Origin: Podarcis melisellensis
Taxonomy: Eukaryota
Assembly: GCA_964234715.1 (NCBI GenBank)
Contig: OZ174276.1
Direction: 5' to 3' (one strand)
Length of the DNA: 64,000 nt
Shown here: positions 34,501 to 49,709 of the stretch, piece by piece
Position numbering within the stretch: the stretch's first letter is position 1
Layout: every line of letters starts with the position of its first letter
Made by a program: the position numbers and the translations under genes
The notes under the pieces: model-generated
What the model saw: only the letters and a program-made list of their open reading frames with translations
What the model was told of the DNA's origin: nothing
Databases searched by the model: none

Positions 34501-37500
34501 TAGTTAAGAGATAAGAGCTGAGGAGACAAGATAAGAGAGAAGTGACCAGACACTGTCAACATCATCACAAAAACAATGGATGAAGTTTCCAGACCTCTCA
34601 GCTAACCTTGGACTGGTCTGCAGTTGAAAGTGACACCCAGTGGCTGCAAGCTTTATTGATGTAGCTAGAGAAGGGGTTGCCACAGAAACTTCTGCCATGG
34701 TGTGAATGGCCACAGCACTCTCCTCAACCTGTTTCTGGGGAACCTGCTTCATCTCTCTGAGTAAATTAAATCCCTCCACAATGTTGAATCTACACCCTTT
34801 TGTTTTTCTCTTTGCCCACAGGACCAGATTGGCTGGCGGGAAGACAGTACTCACCTCCTGGTGTTCTCCACTGAGTCCGCCTTCCATTATGAAGCTGACG
34901 GTGCCAATGTCCTTGCAGGAATTATGAGGAGGAACGATGGATACTGCCACCTGAACAGGACAGGAAGTTACACCTTTGACACAAAGCAGGATTACCCCTC
35001 CGTACCCGCACTTGTGAAACTGCTGAGGCAGAGCAACATCATCCCCATATTTGCTGTCACCAACCACTCTTATGATTACTATGAGGTAAAAATGACATTG
35101 GGAAGACAGTGGGTGTTGGGTGCTTGGATGGTGTCGGAGGAGAAACCAAGAGGTGTGTTTTTAAGCCACTGGCAGTTGACACTGGCCACCATTGCCTGCA
35201 GACAATGACCTTACAAGGAAGCCAGTTTAGGCATTTACTGCTGGACAAAAAGCTCTGCTCTCCTCCTCCAGCAGCAAAAGGGCTACATGATCTGACTAGG
35301 GAAAGGAGGCCATCACTCATTGTTGTTTGGGAAATACACTTTGAAAGTTATCCAAGAGAGCTTCAGCAGACGAGCTTTTTTCATTTTTTCATCATCTCCT
35401 TAGTTTCCACATTGAAGCGGAGATATTGTGGGTTTTCACCATCTTCTCTAATATATGTCCAAATATATGCATCTAGTGTTTTCTTTTATATGTTCCTCAT
35501 CCTAAAAATGTTATTCTGCTGTTCACTTTCTTCTCTGTGAAACACTACAATATATTCCCATAGGAATATATGGGTAATGCGACACAGGTGTAGGAATCAG
35601 ATTACCTTCAGGTACTGCATATTTCTCACCCAACAACTTGGTAACAGCAGAAACAAGAACATAACCTATTTCAAAGCAGCTGTGCAATCTATTTTTGTAA
35701 TCCAGTGGGGACACCCAGTGGTTAGTTGGATAATCTCAGTCAGGAATCAGACCAAGATCTCTTTTATTTCACACAACAGATTTCCATCCGCAAATGGACC
35801 AAGCTACATGTTACTCCAATAAATCCATGACTGATTATCTGATAAGTTTTATTTGAAGAATATAGAACAAGCCCTACTGGATCAGACCTAAGGGCCATCT
35901 TAGCTAGCATAAGGTTACCAGATGTCCCCATTTCCCGGGGACAGTCCCCGGATTTACAAATCAGTCCCCATACAAAATCCATTGAAGTTGAAAAGTGTCC
36001 CTAGATTCATTGAAAAAAAATTGGTAACCTTAAGCTAGCATCATGTTTCCTTCAGTGATCAGCCAGATGTTTCCAAGAAGCTAACCTGCAGGGCAAAAAG
36101 GCAACAGAGCAGGTGTGGAGAACATTAGCGCCTCCCCAGAAGTTGCTCCTCCCAGAAGTTCCTAAACTATAACTCCATGATCCCTAACCATTGACCACGA
36201 TTGCTCGTTGCTAGGGCTGATGGGAGTTATAGTTCAGCAACATCTGAAGGGGCTTTAAGTTTCCCCACCCCCGCATTAGAGTGAACAAATGCTTTATCTT
36301 AAATCTAAGTCCTAGAAGGATAGAGGTTTGAGGGCCAAACTAGACATGTCAACTTTGCAAAGGAAATTAACTTGCATGCTGATTGTTATGAGAATAGCAG
36401 TCCTGGGGAAGGCTATGAGGATGGAGAGGGGAGGATTTAAATATTTCTCTTCCTGCCATGATCCTGGCAAAAATGGCCTCTCCAAAGCTGCTGTTTTCAT
36501 TTCAAAGCAAGTTCCCATTGGTCCCACTGAAATGCACATTGCAGTTTCCAAGAGATGGTTTTGAGGATTGTGGCCAGAACAGAAAGAGTTAAACTTTCCC
36601 TTTCTCCCCAGCCCCCATGCTCTTGAGGCTGCTCAGGCTCCTCCTCGGCTACAGTTTCCGTAATAAAAAGCAGGTACATTAATTGCATTTATGCAATTAA
36701 CATTACAGTTAGCTTGGCCCTAAGAATATTTTTTTCTCTATCCACTTTCTCTGTGCCATGGATAATTTAAATATTTTTCAATTAAAGATGCACAGAGAAT
36801 GAGAGTATTTTAACTCCTTCCTTCCAGGCCATGTTCCCAGTCTAAAGCTCCTGCTAAGCTGCTATTTGTTCCATGGGGGGAAATTTCAGATGCGTGATAC
36901 AGATTTGTGTTTTCCTCTTGAAAAGCAACTCACAGCTTGAGGGTGTTGGGCAGGGGATAGGGTTTAATGTCCCAGCCTTCACACCACTTTCCTAATTAAA
37001 TTAGCACATGCATATATTGCTGTGTGTCTGTTTAAAAGACCAATGGAAGAGCAGTCCTGGATCCTCATGGCATAATGTGTGCTTTGGCCCTAAGATTCTT
37101 AACCTTCATTGGACTTCACTGAGTGTTGGCTTGACTTACTGGCATGAGGCTCCCCAGGATAATTGCTAAGATGCTGCAGCTAAAAGAGTGCATTGGCCAG
37201 TGTGGGTAGCATCTTCAGTTGGTATTATGACAGTTGCACTGGCTGCATACTAGCTTCCATGCTCGCTTCACTGTACTGGTGGTGACTGATAAAGCCTTTC
37301 ATGTCCTATCCCAAACAACTAGCCTCTGCCCACAAAGCCCCTTTTCTCCACCTGTTCATTAATATCAGCTAGGGAGGCCATTAATCAGAATGGCCTCTTT
37401 GAGATGGGTTAGAATGGGTACAGGATAGAACCATCCCTTCACAACAAGAGGTTTTGCTACTGTCTTTGAAATGCACATTCCATTGTAGAGACCCAACACA

Positions 37501-40500
37501 GTGAAAATTAATCATAACTACATCCTGTTGAAATCAATGGGAAAACACCACAGCTAATATTTGCTTTGTTGTTGTGACCTGTGTCTAGTGTTTCTCAGCA
37601 GCAAAAATTCAACTACAATAGTAAGATAAAGGTATATGCTCAGTTACTGTGTATAACAAGGTACTTAACTATGTTGCTTTCTCTGTTGTCCATTTAAGGT
37701 TGTAACAGAACTTAAATATTTAACTAATTCACTGCTTTTTCTTTTTTAATAGAAACTGCACACATATTTCCCAATTTCTGAAATTGGGAGGCTGCAAGAA
37801 GATTCCTCTAATATTGTGGACTTGATTCGTACGGCTTACAATGTAAGAGGCAACATCAGGAATCTGTCCTATCTAGGAATGGAAAAGAAATTCAATTTTG
37901 TGTGCATTTTAATGAGAAGCTGCATAATTTTCACTTCTTAAATCAATATGTGAACCAAAACACAGCTAGCCTTTGACATTTGTACTTCACTGAATTTTGC
38001 GGTGACAATACAACTCAAGGAGCAAATTAATAGAGCCATCCTCTGTGGACATGGTTGGACGTTATAATGTGCAAATCCTATTATTATAATCTAGGGGGAA
38101 CCTCTGAATTTGGTATGCTTCAGTTTTATTAATTTATTCCCTCCCTGCCTTTCCCAGCGTATTAGTTCCAAGATGGACATTCGAGCTTTTGGAACCCCAA
38201 AAGCCATGAAAACAGAAATAACATCTGAGATGTATGAAAAGACAGAGTCTGGCTCATTCAATATTGTCCGTGGTGAAGTGGTAAGGCCTACCTCCCCTTT
38301 GTATTTCTGTCTTCCTCATTCACTCACTCTTGACAGGGCCAGGGCCGGCCCAGCCTAGTGGTAAAGTGACAGCATTGGCACCGATTTTAAGCGTGATCTC
38401 CCCCAAAATTGGCAAGAACTCACATGAAAGCCGTTCTGATGCCAGCACTGCTTCTCTGCCAGTAGCAGCAGTGGTAGGGTGGGTAGAGCAGGTGTAAGGA
38501 GCAGCAAATATGGCAGTGTTGGTGGCGGCAGCAGCAGAGCATGGCAGCACTTCCTGTTTTGCCTCAAATGGCAAAATGCGATGCACCATCCCTGACCTGG
38601 GCATTCAGATGATGGCACTGAGTCCAATTATTTCCAAAAGAATGGAAGAGTAGAGCAGTCTCCATAGATACAAATGGCTTTGGAGCTGCTAATTGTTTGA
38701 AAATGGTGGCGTTTTGACATGGATGAAACACATATTCAACATGTTTTCATCATAAGTGGTTGCTGCCATTTTAGGACCCCATTTATGTGTGTTTTATTAA
38801 ATCAAACTTTTAATTAGCACTAAAATACTTTCCTTTTTTTAAATAAAGAAGTATAGCTGTACAATGTTATAATGTCATGATGATATCTATCCATCCATCC
38901 CTTTCTGGTAACACTCATTAACCAGGTTGCTAAAAACGTGTTGTTGCTGCTGCTTCTTTGACAATCACTCATAGCCGAGTAAGATTGTCTTCCATGAACA
39001 CAGTCTTCACAATGAGTCCATATGTGACTGTGGAGGCCAATTCTGGATCCACATATCCTTCCACATCAGGGACATAGGTTTTCGGGTGCGAGTTGATCAT
39101 GGTTAGGGTTTGGCAAATGTACCTTCCTCTTAGCACGTTTCTCTCTTTCATGAGTTTGAGCGTCTGCAAAGTTCACGACACCTTTTGTAAAGGCTGTTCT
39201 CCAGTTGGAGTGCTCACAGGCCAGTTTTTCCCACTTGTCGGTGTTTATACTTCATTTTTAAAGATTTGTCTTGAGAGAGTCTTTAAACCTCTTTTGTTGA
39301 CCACCAGCATTACGCTTTCCATTTTTAAGTTCAGAATAGAAATTGCATTATACTGTTATAGCACTGTAAGACAAGCAGCAGCAGCAGCAGCAACATAGCA
39401 TGACTGTATTAAGAGTTATTCCTCCATTTCAGAAAAAAAGTCAGGAAAGTGTTTTACTGCTAATAAAAAGATTGATTTTGAAAACAGGGTTAAAGAAAAA
39501 GCCGCTCACCACAAGCTGCCCTGGTTTCCCTCCGGAGGAAGGGCAGGATATAAACTGAATGAATGAATAGCGAATGTGTGTTGCTGACCTTCAAATGGCT
39601 ACGTCACACCTGATAGGATGGGCAGGACAAAGTAAGACTCACACAGAAGCGCAATACTCCTACTAGTGTGGAAAGTCAATTGCAATTCACTTTTAGTTCA
39701 GAACTTGAGAGCAATGATTAGGTAGCACCATCTGGAAGCAGCCATTAACAATAACTGTTCAGGACAGGAAGAGCAGAGCCCCATATCCCAGACCACCACC
39801 ACGTCGTGTAGGTTTTCTGGTTGTATCTCCATCCCACCCAGCTGTACATGGGGGAGGGGGATGCTGCCAGCCAGTGTGGTGCAGCATCGGGAACATACAC
39901 TTCTTATCTATCTTGGAAGCAAGTTAGCAATATCCGTTTCCTTGTTTCTACGTCTTCAGCCTTGTGCCTAGCCGTTCACCTTCCAGGTTGCTGTTTAAAG
40001 TGGCATATCTCTCTTGTCTTTCTCTCTTTGGATCAATCCAGCAAATGAACAGGACTTCTCTCTTCCATCTAGGGCAGATTCAAAGTACGTGTGAAAGCTC
40101 ATGAGCAAGTGGGCGACAAGCATGTCTGCAGTCTCCCGGAGAAAGATCGGGATGGCGTTTTCCACATTAAGCCCTCCTCTTTCGGTAACAACGTGGAAGT
40201 AGCAGCCTCAGTCATTTGCGACGCCTGCCCCTGTGAACTGGTACTTTTTTGTTCTCCTCTTTGGTTGTCCTACCCCAAGAATGGCTCTAGATATTAATGT
40301 TATAGGAAGCCTGACTCTTGTATGAGCTCTTTAAGTTTGTATATAGAAGCAAAAGTAGAGGCTACCATTATTTTTTTCTCTGAAGGACATGTGACTAAAT
40401 CTGATCCCCTAGAATAAAGTTCAGTAACATCTCTTCTCTTGTACTTTGCAGCAACAGGAAGTCCTATCACCTAGGTGCAATTTCAGGGGGAACTTCGCCT

Positions 40501-43500
40501 GTGGAGAGTGTGTTTGCAATGCAGGCTGGTAAATACCTCATCCTTATTTTTTATTAAGTGGGGTGTGTGTTTTCTGTTTCCTTCAGCAGAAAATATCAGT
40601 TGGTTGGTTGGTTGGTTGGTTGGTTGGTTGGTTGGTTGATTGATTGATTTGTACCCTGCCCTTCCTCCAATCTGGAACACAGTGCAGCTTTGAATAACAA
40701 GCATAAGGACAACTGTATAAAATAAAACACAAAAACATCAGATATCAATAAAATGCAGCAGTGTAGCAGCAATATATAAATAAGAAATCTGTGGGACCAG
40801 CAACCTAACCCAAACAATTCATCCTCCAAACTACTGGACAATAAACTACTGGTTTATTGTTGTTTTATAAATCTTGGTTAATGGTAACCATGGTTCAATG
40901 TTATGTTCCAAATCAACTACAAATAGGAGGCAGGAAATTTTTAGACTCAAATATATGTTGGACTCATGCTGTCTGCTTTTCTCTAAGCCACACGTTCACC
41001 TCTCAATAGTCACTTCATGGCAAAGAAAGGTTGAGCTGTGACCAATTATTATCATTTCTTTGCACCATGCCTTCTAAGCAAGATGTCAGACCTTTGAGGC
41101 CTTTCTCAGTCTTTGTCTTGACTTCCTTTCTCCTTGACAGGCGAGGGGCTACGTGTAACTGCTCTACCACCTCCTCTACTGACGATGCGGCCTGCATACG
41201 ACCAGGGGATACAGAGCCCTGCTCAGGGCAAGGTGAATGCCTCTGTGGGCAGTGCGAGTGCTATTCTGAGGGTCGGACCCAGCGTTTTGAGGGCCGCTTT
41301 TGTGAATTTGACAATTTGCAGTGTCCCCGCAGTTCCGGATTCCTCTGCAACGGTGAGTGAGGCCTTCTGGAGCAGTGACCAGGCTTCAGGTCTGCCCTCA
41401 GGTGGTTACAACTTTCTGCTGCAGGCTAAGGCTACACACCTGAATCCATTTACTTGAGAGTAAGCTCCCTTGAATCTGATAGGTCTTAGCAGGCACAATT
41501 AGCATTGCACCATAAACTGTCGTTCTCAGATGCTTGTGAAATCACACAACTAGATCATAGATTATAGAGGATTCACTATTGTGTTAATGACTGAATAGAA
41601 GAGCCTCCCCAAACCTATTGCCCCAGTTATAAATTTTATAGTGTTTGAGTTTTTCTGCAGGCTATCACACCTTCCTCATATTCTTTGCCTTTGAATCCCC
41701 CTAGGCTTGTGCAGCTAATGCCAAGAAAAGCCTTTAGTGGTTGGTCATAGATCTGTCATCTTCTCTTTGAAAGCCTCTAGAGGGCATCAGTTACACTCTC
41801 AAGTGAAGGGAAAACAAAAGGTGTTTTCGTGATCCATTTCCGTACAGATTAGCCAAGTGACAGAGTGGGCAAAATACTGTGTTTTAAACAGATTCCCTGC
41901 ATTCACTGTGTCAGGCTGCAGCCAGGGTCAGGTTGATGTTGACCTGAGCATTATTGGTTTCCTAAAAACTATGTCTGCATGCCAAGTACTCTGAAGTTAA
42001 GTCCCAAGTATGTGTGGTTAGGTCAGGAGGACTGTAGTGTGAATAGAAACATACTATGGATTATCTGGTTCACCTTTCCCTTTCCAGTACTTGGCCTTTC
42101 TTATTGCAGCAAACAAGACCATGTTGTTGTCTTTGTGCATCAACCTTTATAAAATGTTGGAGGCATACTTAATGAATCCATCAAGTAGAAAACACAGTAG
42201 CTTAACATTCCCCAATTCTTTGTCTTGATTATAGTCATTTAAAGCTTCTGAATGGCTTGCACTTCTACCACATTTGGATAAAGACACCATTAAATGCTTC
42301 ACGACACAGATTTTCTCTACGCCTGTTGTATATACATCTTCCATGGCCTTGTTGTATAGCTGTTTTCCAACAGTACTCACTTAATGACTGACCCAAAATT
42401 GTGATCCTTCGATAGATAAAAATGTTAGGACTTCCCTCCTTAATTTCACATTACTGTACTGTACAGACCTTTATTTGACGTCAACATTTGTTTCTACCTT
42501 ATAACGCTCCTGCAGCCACAGCGTGAAATGGTGTTGTATTTATTGCAATACATTTTATCGTTTTCATTTCATTCATAATTTTTAAAAGCACAAAATATCT
42601 AAGATACAAAAAACAACAACACAACAACAAACCCCCAAAAGCTCCCGACATAACTATGGGCATTGTGGCACTTTGCCAAAGATGTGAATCTTGAGCTATG
42701 GCATATAAGCCATGTAAGTGTAGGCTGAGTTCTATGAAACCCTATCCTTTCCTCTGTGCAGATCGGGGGCGCTGCTACATGGGTCAGTGTGCATGTGAAA
42801 GTGGTTGGGAAGGCCCTGGCTGTGAGTGTCCCACAAGCAATGAGACCTGCATCTCCAGCAGTGGGGTAAGTTATTCCCCCCTGCCCTTCTTAGAAAGATA
42901 AACAAGGGAGATAGGAAGCTGTATTCCTTCATGTACAACAGCCTGAAGATCAGAGAGAGTTCTGTTTAAATAGATGGCTGGTGACTTCAAAGTTGATGTA
43001 GCTGGCCTCATGCTTTGCATTGGGATGTTCCCAAATTCAAGTCCTCACTTCTCCAGGCTCTCAGGAAAGTTCTTTCTGAGACCCTGGGCAAGGTGTTGCC
43101 AGTCAGAGTACACAATAATGGACTTGAGCTGGTAGACTGATTAATGGATTTAAGGCATCTTCAGAGATGGGGTAGGTAAAGGTAAAGGGTAAAGGGACCC
43201 CTGACCATTAGGTCCAGTCATGGCCGACTCTGGGGTTGCGGCGCTCATCTTGCTTTATTGGCCGAGGGAGCCGGCATATAGCTACCGGGTCATGTGGCCA
43301 GCATGACTAAGCCGCTTCTGGCGAACCAGAGCAGAGCACGGAAACGCCGTTTACCTTCCCGCCGGAGCGGTACCTATTTATCTACTTGCACTTTGACGTG
43401 CTTTCAAATTGCTTAGTTGGCAGGAGCTGGGACCCAGCAACGGGAGCTCACCCTGTCGCGGGGATTCGAACTGCCAACCTTCTGATCGGCAAGTCCTAGG

Positions 43501-46500
43501 CTCTGTGGTTTAACCCACAGAGAGGGGGTAGGACACAGAAAACTCCCTTATGCTGAGTCAGACTGTCAGGGAACTGCCATCAGCTCAGAAGCGAGAGGTG
43601 GAAGGGCCGTTGGATTACAGGGAGCCTCCAAAGATTGTGAGAAGCAGCACTTCCTCCCTGGAGGAGGGAAGCCACGCCTCCAGTGGGGAAGGGATGCAGC
43701 GCTCGGAGGATGCAAGGGAGAGCCACAGCACCGAGAAGGAGCAAAGCGGGGGGGGGGGGGAGAGGCAGGTCCCCCTTTGCCCACGCCCTCTCTGCGCAGT
43801 AGGTTTACGCGCAGAGAGGGGAGGCGTAGGATGGGGGTCAAGATACTACTCTGCTGGGGAAAGTTTAAGGACTGCCCACTCCCAGATTCTGCTAGTGACT
43901 GAGCAAGACATGGAATTGAAACGGCCTGCACTGTGAATGTTTTTGCACTGATAATAAAGCCTTTGAAAAGACCAGTGGGGGTCTTGCCTGTTCACTCTTG
44001 AGCAACCACGCCGGCATACATAACACAGACCTAGGACTTTCTGAATGCAAAGCAGATGCTCTACCACTGAACTATGACGCTTCCTGGGATGAAGTGGTGT
44101 TTTGTTTTGTTTTTTGCTCAGCATTATGCTGTATAGAAGAGACAGCAGAAAAGTTTAGCCACAAGTGTCCAGACATGGGTGGGAGGTGAACATGCCTCAC
44201 AGTCTCACTTTCGATAACCCAGTTTACTCACAGAACAGCCACCTTCTGTGGCTTGGCTTGTTCGCCAAACTCCCAGGGAATTGTATCTACCCTGCAAAAC
44301 TGCATGAAATTGCACCATTCAGTTGCCTCTTTGCATCCACCCTCCATCTGCTGATTTGCCCACTAAGGCCATTTCCTACTCTACTTTTGTGCTCTGAGAA
44401 CTGTGGGAACTCGACTAATAAGGGAGAAGTAAGGCACTGGTATGAAGTCTGTTTTTAGCTTATTTTGTCAGTTTTTGCAGCAGTTGTTAAGGTGGAGATA
44501 GTGTTCAGAATATGCAACCTGTTTGTTTTACACACATGAGGAATACGAAGGCATTTTAGTCCAAACTCTGATCTGCTCTCTTGAGTAATCTAGGCCACCA
44601 TGTAACTATTATGAATTGTTTGCTTAAGTCCACCTTCTTCCCAAGATACAGACCCTATCACCCTTTGCACGCTTTTAAAAATCCTTACCAACTTTTAAGA
44701 GATGTAAGGAAAGAGCCCTCTGATTATCCAAAGGGTTCTTTCCCCCATGTTTAACTTTCCTCTTGGCTGTGGGGGAAGAAATATCCTCAACTGAATTTGG
44801 GTAAGACTTTGCCATTTCAGAATAGAAGATGATGTATCACCTGAAAATGAACTTTCAGTGCTTGCCCTTGTCTTTTGCAGATTCTTTGTAATGGGCGCGG
44901 GAGATGTGAATGCGGCAGATGCATCTGTAGTAACCCTACCCTCTACATTGAACCCACCTGTGAAACCAGTTATGCGCTGGTAAGCTCTTAGATGAAGCCA
45001 GTGACTTTAGGGGGTCAGCATGCTTAGAGTGTTATATAGCCGATGACTAGGAATTTGGGTCGATTCTTATGCTATATTTGAAAGATTATTCTTTGTGCTT
45101 TTAAAACCACATTTACTCTTCCTTATGCATATTTGACAAATAGAGATCACTGCAAATGTAGCCACACATGGTCACTCCCTTGCTCCCGCTTTCCCCTGTT
45201 AATATGAACTTCCCTGGCAGCCCTTACTTATGATATCTCCATTACAAGCCAAACCAAGCAAAAGATGAGCACACTCTATCTACAACAGCGAATTTCTCTC
45301 TTTTTTCTACTTTTTATCTATGATTTTCAATTTTATACATTTCAATAATCTTTCTGCGTTTTTAAAAAAATATTTTCCTCATATTCCGAATTAACAGAAC
45401 GTAATCATTTATTCATCTACTTTAAATGTATACAGTCATACCTTAGCTGACGAACACCTTAGCAGTCAAACGTTTTGCCTCCCGAACACTGCAATCCCGG
45501 AAGTGAGTGTTGCGGTTTGCGAACTTTATTTGGGAAGCCGAACGTCCAGTGGGGCTTCTGCGGCTTCCAATTGGCTGCAGGAAGCTCCTGCAGCCAATTG
45601 GAAGCCACACCTTGGAAGTTGAACAGATTTCCAGAACGGATTCCGTTTGGTTTCAAGGTACAACTGTACTCTTATAAAATTGCAGGTTATTACAACAATC
45701 CTACCAATGTTCTGATCTGTTTACAGTTTATTTGTAAATTTTCAATAAGCCATTTCCATTCTTTGATTTAAAAAGTTTGTTATCTTGATTTCTTATTTTT
45801 CTGGCAAGTTTTGCCATTTCTGAGTATTCCATTATTTTTTGCACCCATTCTTCTTTCGTCGGGACTGCAACAGGGAACATTTCTATTATTTATTTGCCGC
45901 AGTAACAGCTTCTTTCACAAGAGAGTTCTCTGCAACTCACAGCGCAGTGATTAACTTAGCCCTGTGTGTCTTATGTATTCCATGCAACAACTTGTTCCTT
46001 CTCTCCTTCCTGTTCTCCGATGAGATAAGTGTATGTATTGCTTTCAAGCACTCTTCCGAAAGTCAAATGTTCCACCTCTGCTGGTCTTTCACTCTGTCTC
46101 TTCAATACTTCTATAGACTGATGTCCTCTCTCTGGTGAACAGGGCTACCGACATGTGTGTGGAGAAGATGTCCGAACCTGTGTTCAGTGCCAGGCTTGGG
46201 GGACTGGAGAGAAGAAGGGAAAGAAATGTGAAAACTGCCGTTACAAGATCCGAGTAGTGGATGAACTGGAACAAGGTACCATGATTTCCTTGATGTTCAG
46301 CTGTAGGCCAAAGAGTATGAGTGGTCAACTTGTGGCTATCCATATGTTCCTGGACTATAACTCCCATCCTCCCTAGCCATAAGGTTTGTGGCTGGGGTTG
46401 ATGAGAGCTGGAGTCCAGCAACAACTGGAGGGCCACAGATTCTCTATCACTGGCATGGATAGCAGTCCTCCTCTTACAGTGCATTGGTGGAAACAAAATT

Positions 46501-49500
46501 GTGTTCAGATGTCCTGTACAGAACTTCCTTATCAACTGAACCCACTACTTATTTCAGGAGACATATTGATCAGTGTTCACCAGCTTGTGTATTGCTGACT
46601 CTTGCAGAAGCAACTGTGGGCCATTTCATCGCAAAGTGTAGTAGAGTAACTATGGAATGAGCACAGGGCCATGCATCACCACACACTAGTTGGGCCTCCT
46701 CCTACCCCATCTTGCACTCACTTCTAAACATGGTGAACACGCTTGCATCACTACCTATGTATGAATAATACACATTATGCTTCCTTCACCTATTTTCAAA
46801 GGATAAATGTGCACACAGTTGCACATCGGGGTGTCCACACATTCACCATATTAAGATGGTTCATCAAATCAAGTGTGTCTCTTGGTTCCAAGGGAATAGC
46901 CTTCAGTTCATACAGTTCACCAATAGTGTGAACAGGCAAACCTTAACTGTAGAGAACGGTTGCCTTGTTAAAGACAGCGTGCACTGTATCACATTTCTGA
47001 CTAAGCTACTGCCTTCTGGACAGTGGAACCTCAGCCTGCTGTTTCTCACTGCCCCAAATACTGGTGTAAGAGTTCAATGAAGCCCTGCCTGACGTGGCTC
47101 GCAAAGTCTTCAGAACTTTGCTCCTGTGTTGGTGACAATAAAGACAATCTCAGGAATGTTGAAGATGTTTTGGTAGCATTTTATAAATTTTCTTTGTCTC
47201 TGCAGAGGAAGATCTAAATACAATTTGTTCGTACCAAGATGAAGAGGATGACTGCAGGTACCACTACCGCATGGAAGAGGATTCCAACCCAGAGCTTAAT
47301 GGCACCATTATTGTGCAAAGGAAGAAAGGTAAGTAATGATGTTCTAGGGAGAGATGCAAGACTGAGGCAGCTCTTTTCTCTCTTTCCAGAATCGTAGTCA
47401 GAGTCGTACACTTGCATAGTCTGAGATCTTCTGAGGCATGTTTTAAAAATGAAGGCTTAACTAACCCCATTATGCAGATTTCTAGACAAAGTCAAATCTG
47501 TGAAACTGATTTCTGATCATAACAGGATCTTCTGCCCCTTAGAAAGCTATCTTAGACATTTGGTCCATCTAACTTGACTGGCAGTGGGTCTCTGGGGTGT
47601 CAGACAGAAGTCTTTCCTGGCTCTTCCTGAAGATCCCAGATCCTGTGAGCTTCTGCATGGGAAGTAGGAGCTCAATCACAGAGCTTAGAGCCTTCCCATC
47701 ATCTTGCCCCCTCACCTGCAGAAACAGCCCTATACTTAGGTAAAATTAGGTGGCAGACACTGGAGAGAGGCAGTGAGATTCTGGAGGACACAGCTTTCTG
47801 CCTTCAAGCATGATGGAGGACGTTGCCTCTTCTTTGTTGTTGAAGTAAGATTCATTTGCCAGTCTAATTGGATTCTGTAAGTGGAATCAAGAGTGGCTGG
47901 GGGACAATATTATCCTCTGCCTCAGGCAGAAAATTTCTTAGGCCAGCCCTGCCATAAGGAAGGGCCGTAATTGGGTGGTAGAGTATCTGCTTTGCATGAA
48001 GAAGTTCCGAAGGCAAATCCCTGGCACCACCAGGTAGGGTTGGGAGAGAGCCTCTGGGTAGGCAGTACTGAGCTAGATTGGCCAATGGTCTCGCTAGATT
48101 GGCCCATGGTCTCACTTGGTATAAGGCAGCTTCCTCTGACCTTCCTCTGTTTTCCCTGCGGTGCCCAAATCCCAGCTACCCCTGCCTAACCATGAAGGTT
48201 TTCCTGTTGTTACAGAGTGCCCATCAGGAAGCTTCCTTTGGCTTATCCCATTAGTCATTTTACTGATGCTCCTCCTGGGGCTGCTGCTTCTGCTGTGCTG
48301 GAAGTTCTGTGCTTGCTGCAAGGTAAGATCCAAGACTTCCACCCTGCAATGAGAAAGGGGAACTTGGTGGCGTGGGTGTGATCTAGCTAGCCAAGGGCGG
48401 CGAATGAGAGAGAACTTGCCTAATGTAGAGTTCTGGGGAAGTGAAGGCATGTGCCAGGCAAGAGTCTAGAAACGCCAGTGCAGATACAGTTCAGGATGCA
48501 AGAAATAAAGGCAGGTCAGGAAACAGTCAGGTTCCAGCAAGGCAGTTCAGGTAGAACAAGAAAAGCTGAGGGCCAAAGGACAACTAGGGAGGGAGCAGCC
48601 TGGATAGCTCTAAGTGTCACCTAGGCTGAAAATCAGACCAGGCAGGCTTGAATGTTGATGTGTAGCAAGTCCCATCCCTGATGAGTGGATCTTCTGGTCT
48701 CAACTACCCCGGGGAAGATGTTTGTCCTCCTACCCATAGTTTTGTTTTTCATCGTCACGTTCAAAAGAATTCCCTCTCCTAACTATTGCTGTTTTTCTTT
48801 TCGCCACTTAGGGTTGCCTGGCTCTGCTACCCTGTTGTGCACGAGGTACCTTCTTTTGAACTTATATGTGGTCTTTGGGGTGGGCGAAGCATTGCATGGG
48901 GACGGGGAGAGGAAGACCTAGATAATGTAAGGTTGGCAGCTGAGTTAGCCACTTGTTTTATCTGCCCCTGAACACTGCTAGGCAACTGCTGTCTGTGGTC
49001 TTAAGGCAAGCAAGGATTTTCTAAGCCCGTTGCCAGATGCCCTTTGGTTTTGGAGATGTGAAGTATCGCTATCTGAAGCCGCACATCATCAAAGCACACA
49101 CATGGCATTGAATCGTGTGATTCCCTAGATAGTAAAAAATAAGGCCTGAGGCAAAATTCTGAAGCCTGTCTTGTTAGGCTGAACAGAGCCATGACTACTA
49201 CTGGAACTCTGATTACAGCATAGGTGTCAACTTTTCCCTTTTCTTGCGAGGAATCCTATTTGGAATAAGGGAATTTCCCTTTTAAAAAAGGGAAACGTTG
49301 ACAGCTATGGGTTACAGTGTCCTGGAACATGGCAGAGAAGCTTCTGTCACACAAGAATCTACATCAACAGTAATCTGAGTTTAAGCCATTTGTGTGCAAA
49401 TTTATTAGCTTCTATTTTGGGGGCTTGCTCCACACTAATCTCTTAGCAGGTAAGCCTGTAGACTTTTCTTACTCTCAGTCATGTTCCATGATGGGCACAG

Positions 49501-49678
49501 GGGTGGGTAGGATGGGCTCTACGTTCATTCCCTGGAAACCAAGCAGCCAGACATGACTGACATTTGTATCAGGAAAATATTGAAGTATATACTGTAGGGA
49601 ACCAGGGTCAGTCAGGAGTGCTCTTTACCATGTACCCATATTACCAACCTGAGATCTACCGATGAAGGGTGGTATACA

Positions 49679-49709
<31 letters not shown>

